Shown piece by piece: positions 22,301 through 35,989 of a stretch of 64,000 nt of DNA. The DNA comes from Lingula anatina. Its lineage: Eukaryota; Animalia; Brachiopoda. The position numbers and the translations under genes were made by a program. The stretch covers positions 21,350,534 to 21,414,533 of the forward strand of contig CM120644.1 of assembly GCA_051362555.1 (NCBI GenBank), written 5' to 3'. The notes below the pieces were generated by a model that was not told the DNA's origin, ran no database searches, and worked only from the letters and a program-made list of their open reading frames with translations. The stretch's first letter is position 1. Each line of letters begins with the position of its first letter.

Positions 22301-24803
22301 GTTTTGTACCGCATGAAGGTCACTCTTGTCACTGCTGCATACGGCGTGGAATGTGTATCTTAAAGTTCATAGAAACATTTTATTGTGTTTTGTAAGCTTT
22401 AGGAAGTAGTTTCGTCGTGACTGGATATCAGCGTACACTACAAAGTAGTACCATTCATCTGTGACGCATCATAAAAGCTAGGTACGTCAAATTACTCTAA
22501 GAAAATGTCTTACATCGTCCACGGCTGTCCCGACAAGCCAAGACGTCATTAAAAAAAAGTCGCAAGCCGTCTAGCCGTCTTTGAAAATATACATGTAGGC
22601 CGTCCGGTGTCGTGATGTCAGCGGCCGTCCAAATGACGGCTGGACGGTTCGCTGGGAAAACCCTTGCTCATAAGGGTATATTTATTTAACTAGGGGCTTA
22701 CTGTACTGACATCACCCAGCTTACATGCGGGTGCATGCCTCCCAAAATTATATTAAAGGATAACATTGTAATATATCTAAGTTTAATTGTTTGTAAATTT
22801 TGTAAAAATTGCCCATGCCACCCAGTTAGTTTGGAGGGTTAAGCTGGATCAAGTCCGTGTCAAAATTCTTTGAAACTTTGCAGGAAAAATCAATCTTCCT
22901 TTGTTTCTCTGGCTCCTTGTTTAGCCCGATGATCAGATTTATCTAGTGCCCCCAGGTCTGCTGGAGCAGCTCTTTGAAAATAACACACAGGTAGATTTTT
23001 ATCTGAGATAAATATCGCGTTCGATACACTCAAGACAAAAGCTAACTGTGAGCTGAAGGGCACTTTACCCTCTAATTAAGAGGTAAAGCAAGTTCCAGCT
23101 AGATGGACGATTAAGATTGGACTTCAGATGGTAAGGAGTATTGTTTACCTCAGTTCTGTGAAAGCAAACGAGAAGGGTGTCAGACGATGGTGCATATATA
23201 AATTATACAGAGAATTTGTACATTCAGGTGACGTTAACTTATAATCGAAGGGGATTTTCGATAATATTCCTTGAAAAGTACACTAGATTTATAGAGAATA
23301 ATATCATGGTTTGCCAAAAAATTATATACGCACAGTGTATCCGTGCGTATGCCTGGTTACGCCCCTGTCGCAAACCAGCAAACCATATCCTGCTGACTAC
23401 ATGAAAATTGCCTTCTAGCATGGACAAAAAGTCCAAGCTTCTATGCTTGCTCGGATCGCTGACGATCTCTTGCTGACGAATATAGTAACGAAGTCCCTTG
23501 AACTAGTGTGAAAATTGGCTTATTGTCGCGCTCAGATCGCTCACTATCTCCCATTGACGATCTTCCAGTCCCTTGAACGAATATAAAAACTGCCTTTTCG
23601 GTTTACTCTAGATTACCTATCTCTCGCGTTTGTTTGAAGATGTTTCATTGACAAAACGTACACGCTTTTCAAATGCGTACGTTGACGCAACTATGCGCCA
23701 GGAAATCAGTTGCTGCTGCTGGTTAAGATTGGGTTGTCTGAGCGAAAAAAAAAAACGGCCCTGCACATCCCCCCCCCCCACCCCCACCCCCAAAACCTAG
23801 TATATTTGATCGCAGACAACAATCAGCGGTCATCTTGGTCGCAGCTAGCGCACGACGGAGAGAGACCGTAATACACAGTTCGGCTGCCGTGGCGAAGGCT
23901 ACCTGTGCGCCGCACGTACCGATCTGCGGTCGTAGTGGCCTCCCCGCACGGAGGAGAGGCCGTAGTGCCGAGGCCGGCTTCTGCAGGGAAGGCTACGTAT
24001 GCGTCGGAGACACCGACCCGCGAACGGCGAGATGAGGACGCATTCGCGCGTAAAGCTCCGCCCGACTTTAACGGTAAAGGCAACGAACCTGGTCGCGGAA
24101 GACACTTATCGCAGATGAAGGCTACCTGCACGTGCGCCATAGACACTGATCGGCTGTCGTCTCGGTTTCAGTGCACGGAAAGGAGCAACGGTAACACTAA
24201 GCTTCCTTAGTAAAGGTTATCTGGCCGTGGCAGACGCTAATCGTCGACCGTCTCTCCCTCCGTCCACTCCCGTTCTGAGCGCCAGGATCGTTTTTGAAAA
24301 ACGACACTAGTTTCTGGCTGCCAGAATCGCTTTTGAAAAACGACACTACTGATAACGATGCTGTTTTGCGGCCCTAGACAACAGTACCGCTCTATCTATG
24401 GGCCATACACAGTGATCGGGTGAAAGTACGTGTATACCTTTGGTCGCAATTACCGGCACTCACACATCATACATTATGGTAAATCTAAATAGATCGTCGG
24501 GAGAAGATAACAGAAGGCCTAGCGACGAACAGACAACTTCCGGTCAAAATTGACAGAATTCCATGAAATTCGAACTTTCAGAAGTTCTGAGCACCTCCAT
24601 TTCATGAATTTCGGCCAGAACGATCTTTTCCCAAATTTAATTATTTTCTACTGTTCGAAATTCATGGCACATTACCGTAAAATTCTTCTACTACTCTCTG
24701 AATACCTCTTCATCAAAATAATATAAAAAGTTTTCCAGTTTTGCAAAGTTCATATCACTGCATTTCTTGTTTTGGAATTGTACCCCTTTTCGTGGAATGG
24801 CCG
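19364..24803. mobile_element. Non-autonomous DNA transposon with 4-bp TSD (Sola-like)
   Basis: TIRs CAGCCATTCCACGAAAAAGGGTACAATTC and CGGCCATTCCACGAAAAGGGGTACAATTC. TACT is duplicated at 19360-19363 and 24804-24807. Confidence 0.8.
21374..24677. mobile_element. Nested non-autonomous Tc1/mariner/pogo-like element (TA TSD)
   Basis: TIR CGGTAAAGTGCCATGAATTTCGAAC versus CGGTAATGTGCCATGAATTTCGAAC, both flanked by TA; subterminal CATGAATTTCG repeats. Confidence 0.85.
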
Positions 24804-25099
24804 TACTATGCTGAGGTGAATTCAAGATGTTTCCATGTTGTAGATATGAACAATATTATGTTCTTAAATATGAAATGTTTGTATTGGATTGTTGTTTCCA
24901 TAAAAATTTGTTTTAATTGAGTGATAAGGCAAGGAATACATGTTGTTAAGGTTTGTAATTCAATGTATATGTAGGAAATTTGTAATGAGAAATTCAAATC
25001 AATGGAGATTTAAATCAAAACTAATTTAAAGAATTTAAGACAGTATTAAAAGTTAAATGTTTTATACTATGGTAGGGGAAGGAGATGGGCATGCACGGC

Positions 25100-25430
25100 A
25101 TGTGGTGGTATGCCAGAGGAAGGCTCAACTTCTACGTCGCGAAAGACAGGGAGGTTTTTTCGAAGCCAGCAGGGCCAGCGTACTAGGAATGCGAGCTATT
25201 GGAAGGGGGAACACCTCTGCTGAGCTTTCAGTGTACCTCTCCAGGCCGGCTCCAGTGGCAAACAATAGTTGGCGTCTCCACACACAGGCCTTAGGCAACC
25301 GCGCCAGGGCGAGAGCTCAGGAGAGCATGAATAGCACTGCGCTTCCTGTGAAGCAGGTCCTCCGAGGGAGTGATGTCGATCCAGGGGAAATTGTGAACTG
25401 TCGGGTTACCATCGACATCTCTTTTAAATC
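25100..25430 (+). pseudogene. Mutator-like/Kolobok-type transposase fragment
   Basis: FFEASRASVLGMRAIGRG..LSRPAPVANNSWRLHTQAL..AQESM..VK..EIVNCRVTID; this pattern precedes the first catalytic Asp (VxxDGxW) in this transposase type. Confidence 0.6.
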
Positions 25431-25728
25431 AGTTATTGCTTAAACTTTGAAAACATAACTTTATCCACGACTCCATGATATGTTGTTTTACCTCTCTGCG
25501 ATAAGTGAAATTTGCAATCTGCTTCTTAACCAAAAAAAGCCACTCAGTAAATTTCAAGTAAAACAAACATACAGTTGGACAGTTATGGGATATGTCATGT
25601 GCCTGACAGTAATGGCAACAGCAACGACGCAGATAGACCAATGAGAATATATACAAACACTAACAAAGACCTACATTTACATTTAAATATTTTGATAAAT
25701 AGGATTATTGCTCTTATATTTTTCAGAT

Positions 25729-25875
25729 AATATTACAAATGAAGTTACAGAAACAAGTGCACCCCTTGTAACATGCTTACAACCAGAAGACTTGTTGCAG
25801 TATATATCAGATAAGTACGAAGACAGAATACTATGTTTTGCTCCATCAGAAAATCAACATCCTGAATCTTCATTG
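25729..25875 (+). pseudogene. Helitron/Helentron Rep-helicase fragment
   Basis: After a TTTCAG acceptor: TCLQPEDLLQYISDKYEDRILCFAPSENQHPES, matching the TCLQPxD...APxEGxxP motif of animal Helitron RepHel proteins. Confidence 0.65.
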
Positions 25876-26622
25876 TAAGGCCCTATCTATTAACACCCTT
25901 TTTAAATCCAAATAGAACAAGTCAGACACGCATGCAAAGGACGCAACACTAGGTAGACCTACATATCCTGCTACATTCCCTGTATGTGTCATATACCTAT
26001 CTCAGAAGATAAGATAATTATTTAGGTAGTTTGCATAAACTGAGGGCAGTCACACTGTACATATCTATAGTGTTTGCAAAGATAGAATGTATCTTGTTCC
26101 TTGTTTTTTTTTTCTTAAACTATCATTACAAAAAATCCAAGCAAACAACTCAAACATCCTCTGCAATATATGACTGTAAAACAAGGTAAATAAAGAGTAT
26201 GGTTCACCATGATCCAACATGCAACAATGCAAGAAAGAATATTCTAAATCATGCACCACCTATACGCATGATGAACTATGCCATATGACTTAATGCCATC
26301 TTTCAATTGGTATTGGTAGTATTAGTACATCTGTTGAAATATAACTATATTATGTGGCCATTTTCACTGAAAGTGCATCCTCGAACATGAATCATGTAAT
26401 AATAATTATACACATAGGGAACATTGGCAAACAAATGTCAAGTTGCTACTGTGAACACCACTTTTTCCAGGTGCCTCTGCAATCAACTGGGTCCAGGGGA
26501 ATAAAGTTTCTATGGAGTTAAAGCCATGTTGGGAGTCTTCTGGTGACATCTCCAGACACCTTCTTGACCACAAGTGGCTGACTGGGAACAGTGGTTTTGT
26601 TACAGGACACACATTATCTTAA

Positions 26623-26797
26623 AGGGATAACAACTGTTTTTATAAGATGAATTTTCTACAATAAATTTACTGAAAGAGGTCATGAATGTAGGAATGGATT
26701 CATTAACCATAGGTATAAGTATGGGAAAATTGTCGTTTGCCCCAGGAAAATCTGTTTTTTTTTTTTTTTTGTACCAAAAGGAACAGTTGTTATCCCT
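26623..26797. mobile_element. Kolobok-like MITE (TTAA TSD)
   Basis: TIR AGGGATAACAACTGTT at both ends; TTAA at 26619-26622 and 26798-26801. Confidence 0.8.
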
Positions 26798-28179
26798 TTA
26801 ATAATTAAAGAAATCAATTGTAAGCAAAATTCCAAATCATGGTTTACTAGCTGGCAAGAGTCCCACCTACTTTGGTGACTGGACTGTGACAAATAAATCC
26901 AAATGTACTTACATTGTGGGGGATACTGCTTTGACTTCTAAGACTGACACTATTCCCAGACTGAAAGAAAAAACAATGTTAACTTTGCTAAATCTGTTTC
27001 AATATTTATGATACTTGCACATGTAAACCCTTAAAGCAGTAAAAAACAGATCAATATTAATATCTGTATCTATATAGTAAGCTATATTAGGCACATCAGT
27101 TGGCTGTAACTACTTGAAGTGTACTTTTGTGATGTAATGTGAGGGAAGTGGGGAAAATTACAGTAACTGGTCAAACCAAAAATTACTTAAACCCAAAAGA
27201 AACACAAGAGGTGATTACTGGTGAGCTTTTCTTCATGGAGAAAGTGAAGGAGACCATGTAATTACCTGTTACCATGGTTCCCCATTTCTGGCTTTTCACA
27301 TTCCATTTATCATAAAACTTACCACATTTCATGTTTTGTACATGAGCATGACTTTAGCATTCTTCACATGAATATTTACTCCAAGTTTTTCTATCAGAGG
27401 TACCGAGTGATTCAATCTATTATAAGCTTCCATGTTTTTGTTATATGTTTTGTTATATGCTATTATGACTAGCAACCCAAACATGCCACCATGTTTAATT
27501 ACATGAAAGACACATTAAAATGATGAATTATGCATACGCAAAGGCCATTGCAACTAGTTTGTATTGCCGCAAATAATACCCTCGAAACAAATGGTGATTT
27601 CGCAATTAGCACACAGTCGCAATTTGCTAGGCTTTCGAGATATGGGATAGCGAGGAATTGCCATGCTTGCGCCCGCTTTCGAGATATGGGGTCCTGTTGT
27701 AACTTGTAGAAGTTATATGCTAGTGCAAAGAATACAGATTCTTCTATTGAATTTACATTTATAAAAAAATTTAATTAATTAAAATAATTAAAAGACATTA
27801 ACGATGTAATTTTATTTGTCAAGACAGCAATATTGCCACAAATCAGGCACATAAAGGCAAAAAAATATCATATGTAATCACGACAGAAAAGGAACAGGTA
27901 AGCAAATTCAGCATACCAACGTAGTAAGCCGTGACTAGACACGCCCTGTAACTTACAAGGCTACATTTGTGCTATCACTGTTAGATCTAGGCCTAGGCTA
28001 AGTGTAGAGAAAACACAGCGACAGTGCATAAACTTACGTTAGACTCCTGTCGTCAACGCCCATGTTTTTGCCGTACGTTCTGTCCTATCTTCTCCTATAA
28101 CCAAGGACCTCATACCAGGCACGGCTGGCAGATTAACTGAGTGAGACAAGTGCAGAAAACTAGCACGAGAGGCTCCATT

Positions 28180-28345
28180 CAGGGGCGTAACCAGGCATAC
28201 GCACGGATGCACTGTGCGTACAATTTTTTGAGCCAACCATGATATTATTCTCTAAAAATCTAGTGTAATTTTCACGGAATATAATCGTACCTGGGAATTT
28301 TCAAAATCTGTGCGTACAATTTTAAAAGGTCTGGTTACGCCCCTG
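28180..28345. mobile_element. MITE with CAGGGGCGTAACCAG TIRs and 5-bp TSD
   Basis: Perfect 15-bp TIRs; CCATT is duplicated on both sides; a partial inverted copy lies at about 23260-23367. Confidence 0.8.
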
Positions 28346-28619
28346 CCATTCACGTTTTGAATCTCGTAAATTGTCGAACCTGACGCGAGGTTAGCCAAAG
28401 ACTCCTCGGTGTCTCAACCGTGATTGTGTTTTACCTTGCACCTGCCTTTCGGCGGTCTTTCGCGCTTCTGCTTCGTCGGAGCTCATTTGCGCATATCTTT
28501 TTTTTTAAGAACTGCATTGTTATTTATTAATTTTGCCTAGGCCTATTTGAAAATCCAAAGTAATTTTAAGAGAAAAAAAAAACTCCTTTATGCTCCATGT
28601 ATTCCCCATGTGAAATAAC

Positions 28620-28777
28620 GGGGGCGTCTCGATAGTCCGAAGGTTCATTGGTCCGAAAAACGGTAACATTTTCATCGATTTTTTAATCAAGGGTTCATTG
28701 GTCTGAAGGTTCTGTAGTGAACATTCGGACCAATGAACCTTCGGACTATTGAACCTTCGGACTATTGCTACGGCCCC
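28620..28777. mobile_element. MITE with GG termini, 8-bp TSD and subterminal TTCGGAC..GAACC repeats
   Basis: GAAATAAC flanks both sides; inverted arrays of GTCCGAAGGTTC and GAACCTTCGGAC. Confidence 0.7.
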
Positions 28778-29945
28778 GAAATAACACAGAATATTGGAAA
28801 AATTGAGAACGAATGAAATATTCAAAAAATTTAGAATACAACAAGATATTAAAGAGACCTCCTGGTAAAGAGAAGCAATAAGGAACGGATTATTATATCT
28901 TTTGATTGATTTATTTAGGCCTATTTATTCGAAAGATGCGCCGCATTGCCAGTATCAAAGGAATTATTGTAACATGTAACCGCCGGGGTAAAGCTCTGAA
29001 ACCCTAAAAATAAGAAACCGTTCACTTCAACATGGCTTGGAGATCTCTGGCCTGCATGAATTCTGTCCCTGATATATAGCCTATTTATAATCCCTTCTCC
29101 AAGGTGGCTGAGAGCATAAGACCACTGGGGGGGGGGGGGGGGGGGGAAATAAAATCCTTTGTATTTGACGCGATGCAAGGCCACGTCAGAAAAAACAGAT
29201 AAATAAATAAATAAAATGAATGAATAAATAAATAAATAGATAAAAATAAAAATAATTTCTTGTGACTTATACAAGGAAAACGAAGCCATGCCCGGGCATG
29301 TACAGTATGTGATTTGTGGATGTAGGCTTACAAGTGCTTGCCAGGAAAGTAGATGTTGTAAATCATTGGCAATTCATTTAGAGGTAAATTATAATATTAA
29401 GGCTTAGATTAAACATCGAATCTTAATACAGGGACGGGTTGAGCAATGATTTTTAAATAACCTTTGTATAACACAAAATTTAGAAATTAATAATTGTGCC
29501 AAAGGGACAGAGTTGGAAAAGTCGGCAGTAGTTTCAAAAATTAAAATAAAATAATAATAAAAAACAATGCCTCTTAGGACATCTTTTATTTAAAGGACGT
29601 ATGTAATACATGTTCTGTGTTCAAAATGCACTGAACGCGTAAAACGAATACCTGTGTCAGCTATGATTGTCATCACGCACATCTATGAGTGGCCAAGGCA
29701 GAGATATGACTAACTGTGATTATGCAAATCACTGCATTCCACGGAAATAAATATGTTTATTGATAGTTAAAATAAAAGAAACATTGGTAACTCCGTGTTT
29801 AAGATATTGCGATATGTTTGATGTGTTGCCCAACCGGACCCAGGCTTAGAGGTAAGTTTGACGACAACACCGTAATTTGGGATGGGGGAGAGGCGGGATA
29901 AGGAGGGGAGGGGGGGGGGGGGGGGGGGGGGAGGTGAGGTATCAA

Positions 29946-30016
29946 GCATCGGTGGTTCAGTGGTAGAATGCTCGCCTGCCACGCGGGCGGCCCGGGTTCG
30001 ATTCCCGGCCGATGCA
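29946..30016 (+). tRNA. tRNA-Gly (anticodon GCC)
   Basis: GCATCGG/CCGATGC acceptor stem, A box TGGTTCAGTGG, anticodon loop CTGCCAC, B box GGTTCGATTCC, downstream TTTT Pol III terminator at about 30023. Confidence 0.97.
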
Positions 30017-30460
30017 ATAATGTTTTAACTGGTTTGATTTTTTTTTATCTCCGACAAAGAAACAAGCAAACATTGCTGATAACAAGGAACAATCCACTCA
30101 ACAAGCGACATCATCTGGTTGCCTTGTCAGTAACTGTAATTAATATGATCCGTATTATTTTTGCTCTCCCATATTTTAAAACATGTTATTTACATTATGT
30201 TATTTACGTATATTTTCAAATATGTATTTTAATAAGTGAAAACTTGTGACGCACACTACACGATAAGTGTTGAAAGCGGTTTGTTTGAATGGTAGCAGTA
30301 GAAAGAGGGGGCGGGGGAAGGAGGGATTTCAAAGGACAGGTCTTTCTTAGTTCATGAGTAGTTTTTACTTAAAGATAACGAAGTCTTTCATTTCATACAA
30401 TAAATTATATCTTTAAAATAAAAGTCCTGAATTGAGAAAGTTTGTTTCGGGTGGAGAATT

Positions 30461-30628
30461 CAGGGGCGGATTGAGACCGTCTTCAGGGTTTTCCGGAAGA
30501 CGGTCAGATTTTCAAGTTAACATTGACGAGTATCTAATTTTTTCTGTCGGAAGACGGTCAAAACTGGAGGATGCATCAACAAAGATAATTTGGAAGACTG
30601 CCAGAAACAATCTCTGGATCCGCCCCCC
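30461..30628. mobile_element. MITE family with CAGGGGCGGAT termini (3 copies in window)
   Basis: GACCGTCTTC..GAAGACGGTC core; inverted copies at about 53776-53940 and 58528-58701. Confidence 0.75.
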
Positions 30629-30907
30629 AGTTTCACGCACAAATAAAATCAATGTATTAGCACAGCCGCTTTTATCAGAAGGCTGAGACACCAGTCAAGC
30701 GAATCCTTACTACAGTATACATTAACATAATTTTGCTGTCACCCCCTGCACCCGTTTATTTATTTATTTATTTATTTATTTATATCTAACAGAAAACTCC
30801 ATCGCAACTCAGTCGCAATGTTATCGTCCAATACCAGTATATCAATGAGCCACTGTCTTGCACGGTATTTACAGGTCGATCAAGGAAAGAAAATCCCAAA
30901 TAGCGTT

Positions 30908-30908
<1 letters not shown>

Positions 30909-30947
<39 letters not shown>
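30909..30947. repeat. (TAA)n microsatellite
   Basis: About 13 units seen directly. Confidence 0.95.
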
Positions 30948-30949
<2 letters not shown>

Positions 30950-31869
30950 TCAAATAAGCCTATTAAAAAGTGAAGGTCTTGAGTTGCCGGACCAGGGTAG
31001 AAATAGTGCTGCGATCACTGTCTTCATTAAGGCTGTGGTGCCGAGGGAACACACTTGATGTGCCCCCCCCCCCCCCCCCCGCCTCCTGCTCAGGGCTGAC
31101 GTAGTTGACAGTGTAAGAGTTCCTTCCCCCCTCCCCCCCCCCCCCCCCCCCCACACATCCCGCTCCTACGCCTGTGTATCAAAATATTCTGGCATGTTCA
31201 ACAAATTTTTAGGGAGAGTCAGATGGCATAGAGAGGTGTCAAGTTGTCTGCAAAGTGCTACACGGTAAAAGTGGAAGTGTGGGCTATTTTTACACTTTTC
31301 TAAAAGATTTTAATAGATTCTGAATACAACAGCTGTACGCTGTCTTTATAATTTTCTGTTAAATTATTACCTCTCTCTCGTCGGTCTCCCAGCAAATGTT
31401 CCACGCCAGAAAACTTCAATAATGTTTTTTATAGCTAACAACTAAATTATATTTTAATATTATCAATTTTTTCATTTTCGGGTAAATAAAAAGTGGCTTT
31501 CATGGGTTACAAATATACCCTAATTAAAGTTTGAAAATGCATAATAACAGTGAATGATTCTTAAATAAATTGACTGGTTAGTGCTGAGGGAACGCATTCG
31601 CCCCACTGTGACGCAGTTGGTTGTGAAAGAGTTAAGCGCCCCCCCTCCTCCTCCCCTCTCGCCCTATCCCGGCTCCTCACCCTGAGCTTCAGAGATAACT
31701 TGAAATAAACATCTACACTATGGCATACCCTTGTCGTTACCAGTTACTTGAAACGGCAAGGGTTAATTGCTATTAAGATCTGAAGTTCAGGGTGCGCCTC
31801 CTACACCTGCGTGTCAAAACTATCGTTGGCAGGTTCATCTTCTGCCGGGACTTGAACAGTTAACGTGAT

Positions 31870-32632
31870 CAACAAATTTTTAGGGAGAGACAGATGGCAT
31901 AGAGAATTTTCATGTTATCTGCAAAGTGCTACACAGTGAAACTGGAAAAGTGGGCTATTTTTACATTCTTCTCAAAAGGCATATAAGACTCTGATTATAA
32001 CAGCTCCACGCTCTCTTTTTATTTTGCGGTTCAATGGATAACTCTCTCTGTCGTCCGTCTCTCCCTAAAATGTTCCACTCCAGAAAAAATCAATAATGCT
32101 ATGGGAGAATTGTACAGGCAATTGACCTACATTCTCCACTGCAGTTATTGGCGCTAGTTTAACAATGTTATGACTTGGACGTGATAACGTGATTCACGCC
32201 TGTGATATGAAGGTTTATAATTTATATAAATAAATTAATTAACAGGGCATGTCGATCCAATGATTGGAATTTATGAGTGTAGTGGGACTTGCTATTTACA
32301 AAAATGAAAGAAAAACTGTATACATCTCAAAAACAGAAAAAGAATGCATTTTTCTCTTATATGCAAATTAGATTGCCTGTAGTAATATAAGGCTGTCCGG
32401 AAGTCATGTCCACATCAGAGATTTCAAATAGTGATGATCTTGATCATCTAAGCTATCTTCAATTTTTTTTTATTTGATAAAAATAATATAGATTTGAAGC
32501 TACCAAATGTAATTTCCTCCAAGAATTATAAATCATTATAAATCCATTATAAATCATTGCTCGAATCGCCCTTCGGATGAATTTTGTAACAGCTGGAAGG
32601 CTGAGTAGGGCTTTTGGACGAGAGCCCCGGTA
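31870..32632. repeat. Unclassified interspersed repeat
   Basis: 31870-32100 duplicates 31198-31430. 32000-32630 is similar to about 60670-61280, and both end at GGACGAGAGCCCCGG. Confidence 0.75.
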
Positions 32633-34099
32633 GATATTAATAATCAACTTGATTCTGCATTTATAAAGAATGATCTTGTACTAAGAACTAAAGTACCAAG
32701 AGAAGTGCATTAAAATTCCTTTATTGATATTCTTTAGAAAAATAAAATGCAAAAAAGGTTTGTTTTGGCCTACAATCAACAGCCATGTTACCTTTGAGCA
32801 CAGAAAAATACGAAAACAGTAGGAAAAAAGGGGGGGGGGGCACGCCGGAAATACCAGGAAAGTATTTCCACGCAAAAAAAAAAAAAAAAAATCAACCAAA
32901 ATTGCACTTTGGGGATCGACCCTCCTCCCTAATTGGTAAACCTGGCCTTGACCTATGCGGCAATCAGCATGACGTACCGAAAAATACAAAAACGAAAAAA
33001 AAAAAAAAAAAAAAAGAAGGAAGTAAATTATATATGAAAATGAGCAGAAATGGCCAAACACTGATAGAATATTATACTTGTGTCTGAAATAAATGCTAGT
33101 TAGTGAAGTTACAGTGGAAATTTTAAGGAAAAGCTTTTACATTTTTTTAAGTGAGAAAATTTGGCAAAGAATGAAAAGAAAAACATGACAAATAATGAAA
33201 AAATGTTGCAGAAATTCTGATCTAGTTTGATTATTTGGTAAATGGAAAGACATTTAGCAAGTGACAGTTTGGGGTCATTCAAAGGTAATGCAGGCAAATT
33301 TGAAAAAAATATAAAGATTTATTAAAAAGGAAAAGAGGGCTCCTCACACTAGGAAATAAAAAATGATGAAATAAGTATGTTTAAAAGTTTTGGATATCAT
33401 TTGAGGTAAACTGATTGGAGCAGACACAGCAGAAATTTAAATGAAAAGCATGTGCAGTAGTCTGTTATCATCAAAAATACTATTTAATTATACAATCTTT
33501 CAGCAAAGCATTTCATAAAAGAAAGCATAATCCATTAATTTGGAGGTAATCAAAATTTATATACTTGTATATTTTAAATTGGAAAATCTACTTGTTAATA
33601 TCATTCCATTTTTTCACAAACTTTTTTTAGTTTTCTTTCTCAAAATTTAAGTGAAAAGAAAAAAATTAGAGAAAAAGAGCAACAATTTAACACACATTTT
33701 TTCCTGAAAAACATCCTTTATTAAAGTGAAATAATGAAGAATATACATTATATTGGCATGCATGTACTCAAAACCAAAAATACTTTTTCATTAGTATCTT
33801 TAAATCAAAAGATGTATTTCTAGGATAATGCATTAAACAAACTGTAAAGTGCTATTTTAGATTTTCATCTGGAATCTTCATATCAACTCCACTGTTACAC
33901 TGACTGAGCAGTGTCACAAAAACAAATATTTTGTATGGGTTTGATATATCACTTCATAATAAAGTTTCACTATAACTACCAACATCTATTCTGCTTTGTG
34001 CCAGATACATGTATATTCCCACCCAAGCTTTGCCTCATCTGTGGAATGATCATCAAGAATTTTATGCTCAAAAATCTTTGGTCTCATAAATCCGTATTA

Positions 34100-34698
34100 T
34101 ACCCCATTCACACTACAGTCATTTATTCGAATAAATAGCAAATTACATCCCGATTTGAATAACTGTATTAGTCTGAACGCATGAGGATTTTTGTTAACCA
34201 GATTTTCAAAATCTTGCTAGCGAGCTGGATTTTCTTCAGCGATTCGAATAACTTACCAGAATCAACACCTGTACAGATCTTACTGTGCATGTGTGCAGAT
34301 AAGTGCGGGTTTCTATGAACGATTGTTTATTACTTTAGCAATTGCAATAAACGTATTTGGATGTCACCACTCACTACAACATGGGGAAACATAAGCTTAT
34401 TTTGCCATCTAATACGTCCCAGGAATGCTGGAATTTCTTTTGAGTTGCATTTGTCATCACAAAAAAACAAAACGCAAAAGCTGTGTACGATTAGAGCCAT
34501 AAATGGCACCATACTTTTGTTGGTATTTTGAGTTTTCCTCGCATGCGCGAGTGTTCAAAACAGGAAGTTAAACCTTACATTTTCAACGTGGGATTCTGTT
34601 TCGCTTTGCGTGTGTGAACGCAATACCGAATCAAATTCCTCACGAAAAATTTCGAATTATAGAAATGCGCACTTTGCAACTGTAGTGTGAATGAGGTA
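34100..34698. mobile_element. PIF/Harbinger-like MITE (TTA TSD)
   Basis: TIR TACCCCATTCACACTACAGT versus TACCTCATTCACACTACAGT; TTA at 34097-34099 and 34699-34701. Confidence 0.8.
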
Positions 34699-35989
34699 TT
34701 AGTGAATAAAACACAGTGTCGTAATCATTTTCTGTTACTGAAGGACAGAGTTCTTTATGGACAGTGATCTCTGATGACTGGTTGTCTGCTACCCCATTGG
34801 AGTGAGTGGGGCTGGTCATGTCCTTTTTTAGAGGGATTAGCAGGTTCTAATCCTATTAGGGGGATTAGCAGGTTCTAATCCTTTTTAGGGGGATTAGCAG
34901 GTTCTAATTCTATTATATTGTCATACATTGGGCTGGAGAAATTGGTCGGTTTGTTGTGGTCTTCAAAATTCTCTGTTTTGTTGTACTCTGGTTCCATTGC
35001 ATCCTATGAGAAAATAGACGAGCACTTTAGACCAATAAATAAAAAGAACATTTCCAGTTAATGAAGCATAAATATAAAATGTTTTCACAGGCAATTTGTA
35101 AAAAACAAACAAACAAACAAACAAACACCCCCACCCCCCAAAAAAATACAAGAAGATGAAGCTATACACATACAATATATGCAAAATACTAAAAAATTTA
35201 AAGTTCCAAATCTTCTGTCTTTTGTGTCAACTGAGTATCCAAACTAAACCCTCAAATCTTTTACTGATCACATTTCTATACAATATGTGACTATGTTTAC
35301 CCCATTCTGTGCCACAGAGCTGTCATATACAAAGTCTGGTGTGCTGATGGCCACAACATTTTCTCCATGGAAAGCCACCGTTGCTGCAAGTGCCCCAGTC
35401 TGAACTCGCTCCCACCACTGGAATGCAGGACCTTGTTCATACTGAAATCATAGCAACAACTATTTCAATATGCAGAGGAATCATTTGATATCATTACCAA
35501 AAGATTAAGATTTGGACTTATAATAAATATTAAATGAATCTTTTAAAAAAATGCTGCAATGATTATACATTTTGTGCCTTTAAGAAAAAACTGTTTGATA
35601 CGAAATACATCATTTTCTAAGATACATTTGATATCATCTAAGAGGGCTTAACAAATTTTTCTTAAAATTCACTGAGAGAGAGAGAGAGAGAGAGAAATCT
35701 TACCTTCTTTGCAAAAATAGGAACACAACAATGACCTCTAATAGGATGACAACAAATATAATGGGGACCACAATGGCGGCTGTTTCTGAAATAACACATT
35801 TAATGGGAATGTTTTAAATCAGGAAGGGAAATAATTCATCAAAGGGACTGATAAAAATAAAATACAGCAATTTTACAAGAACAAACAAGACTGACATAAG
35901 ATGAATTTGCTTAGAAATTATTATAGGCTTGCACATTCACTTAAATGAATGAATGATTAAATGAATAAGATTCATATTGAGAAAATGCC

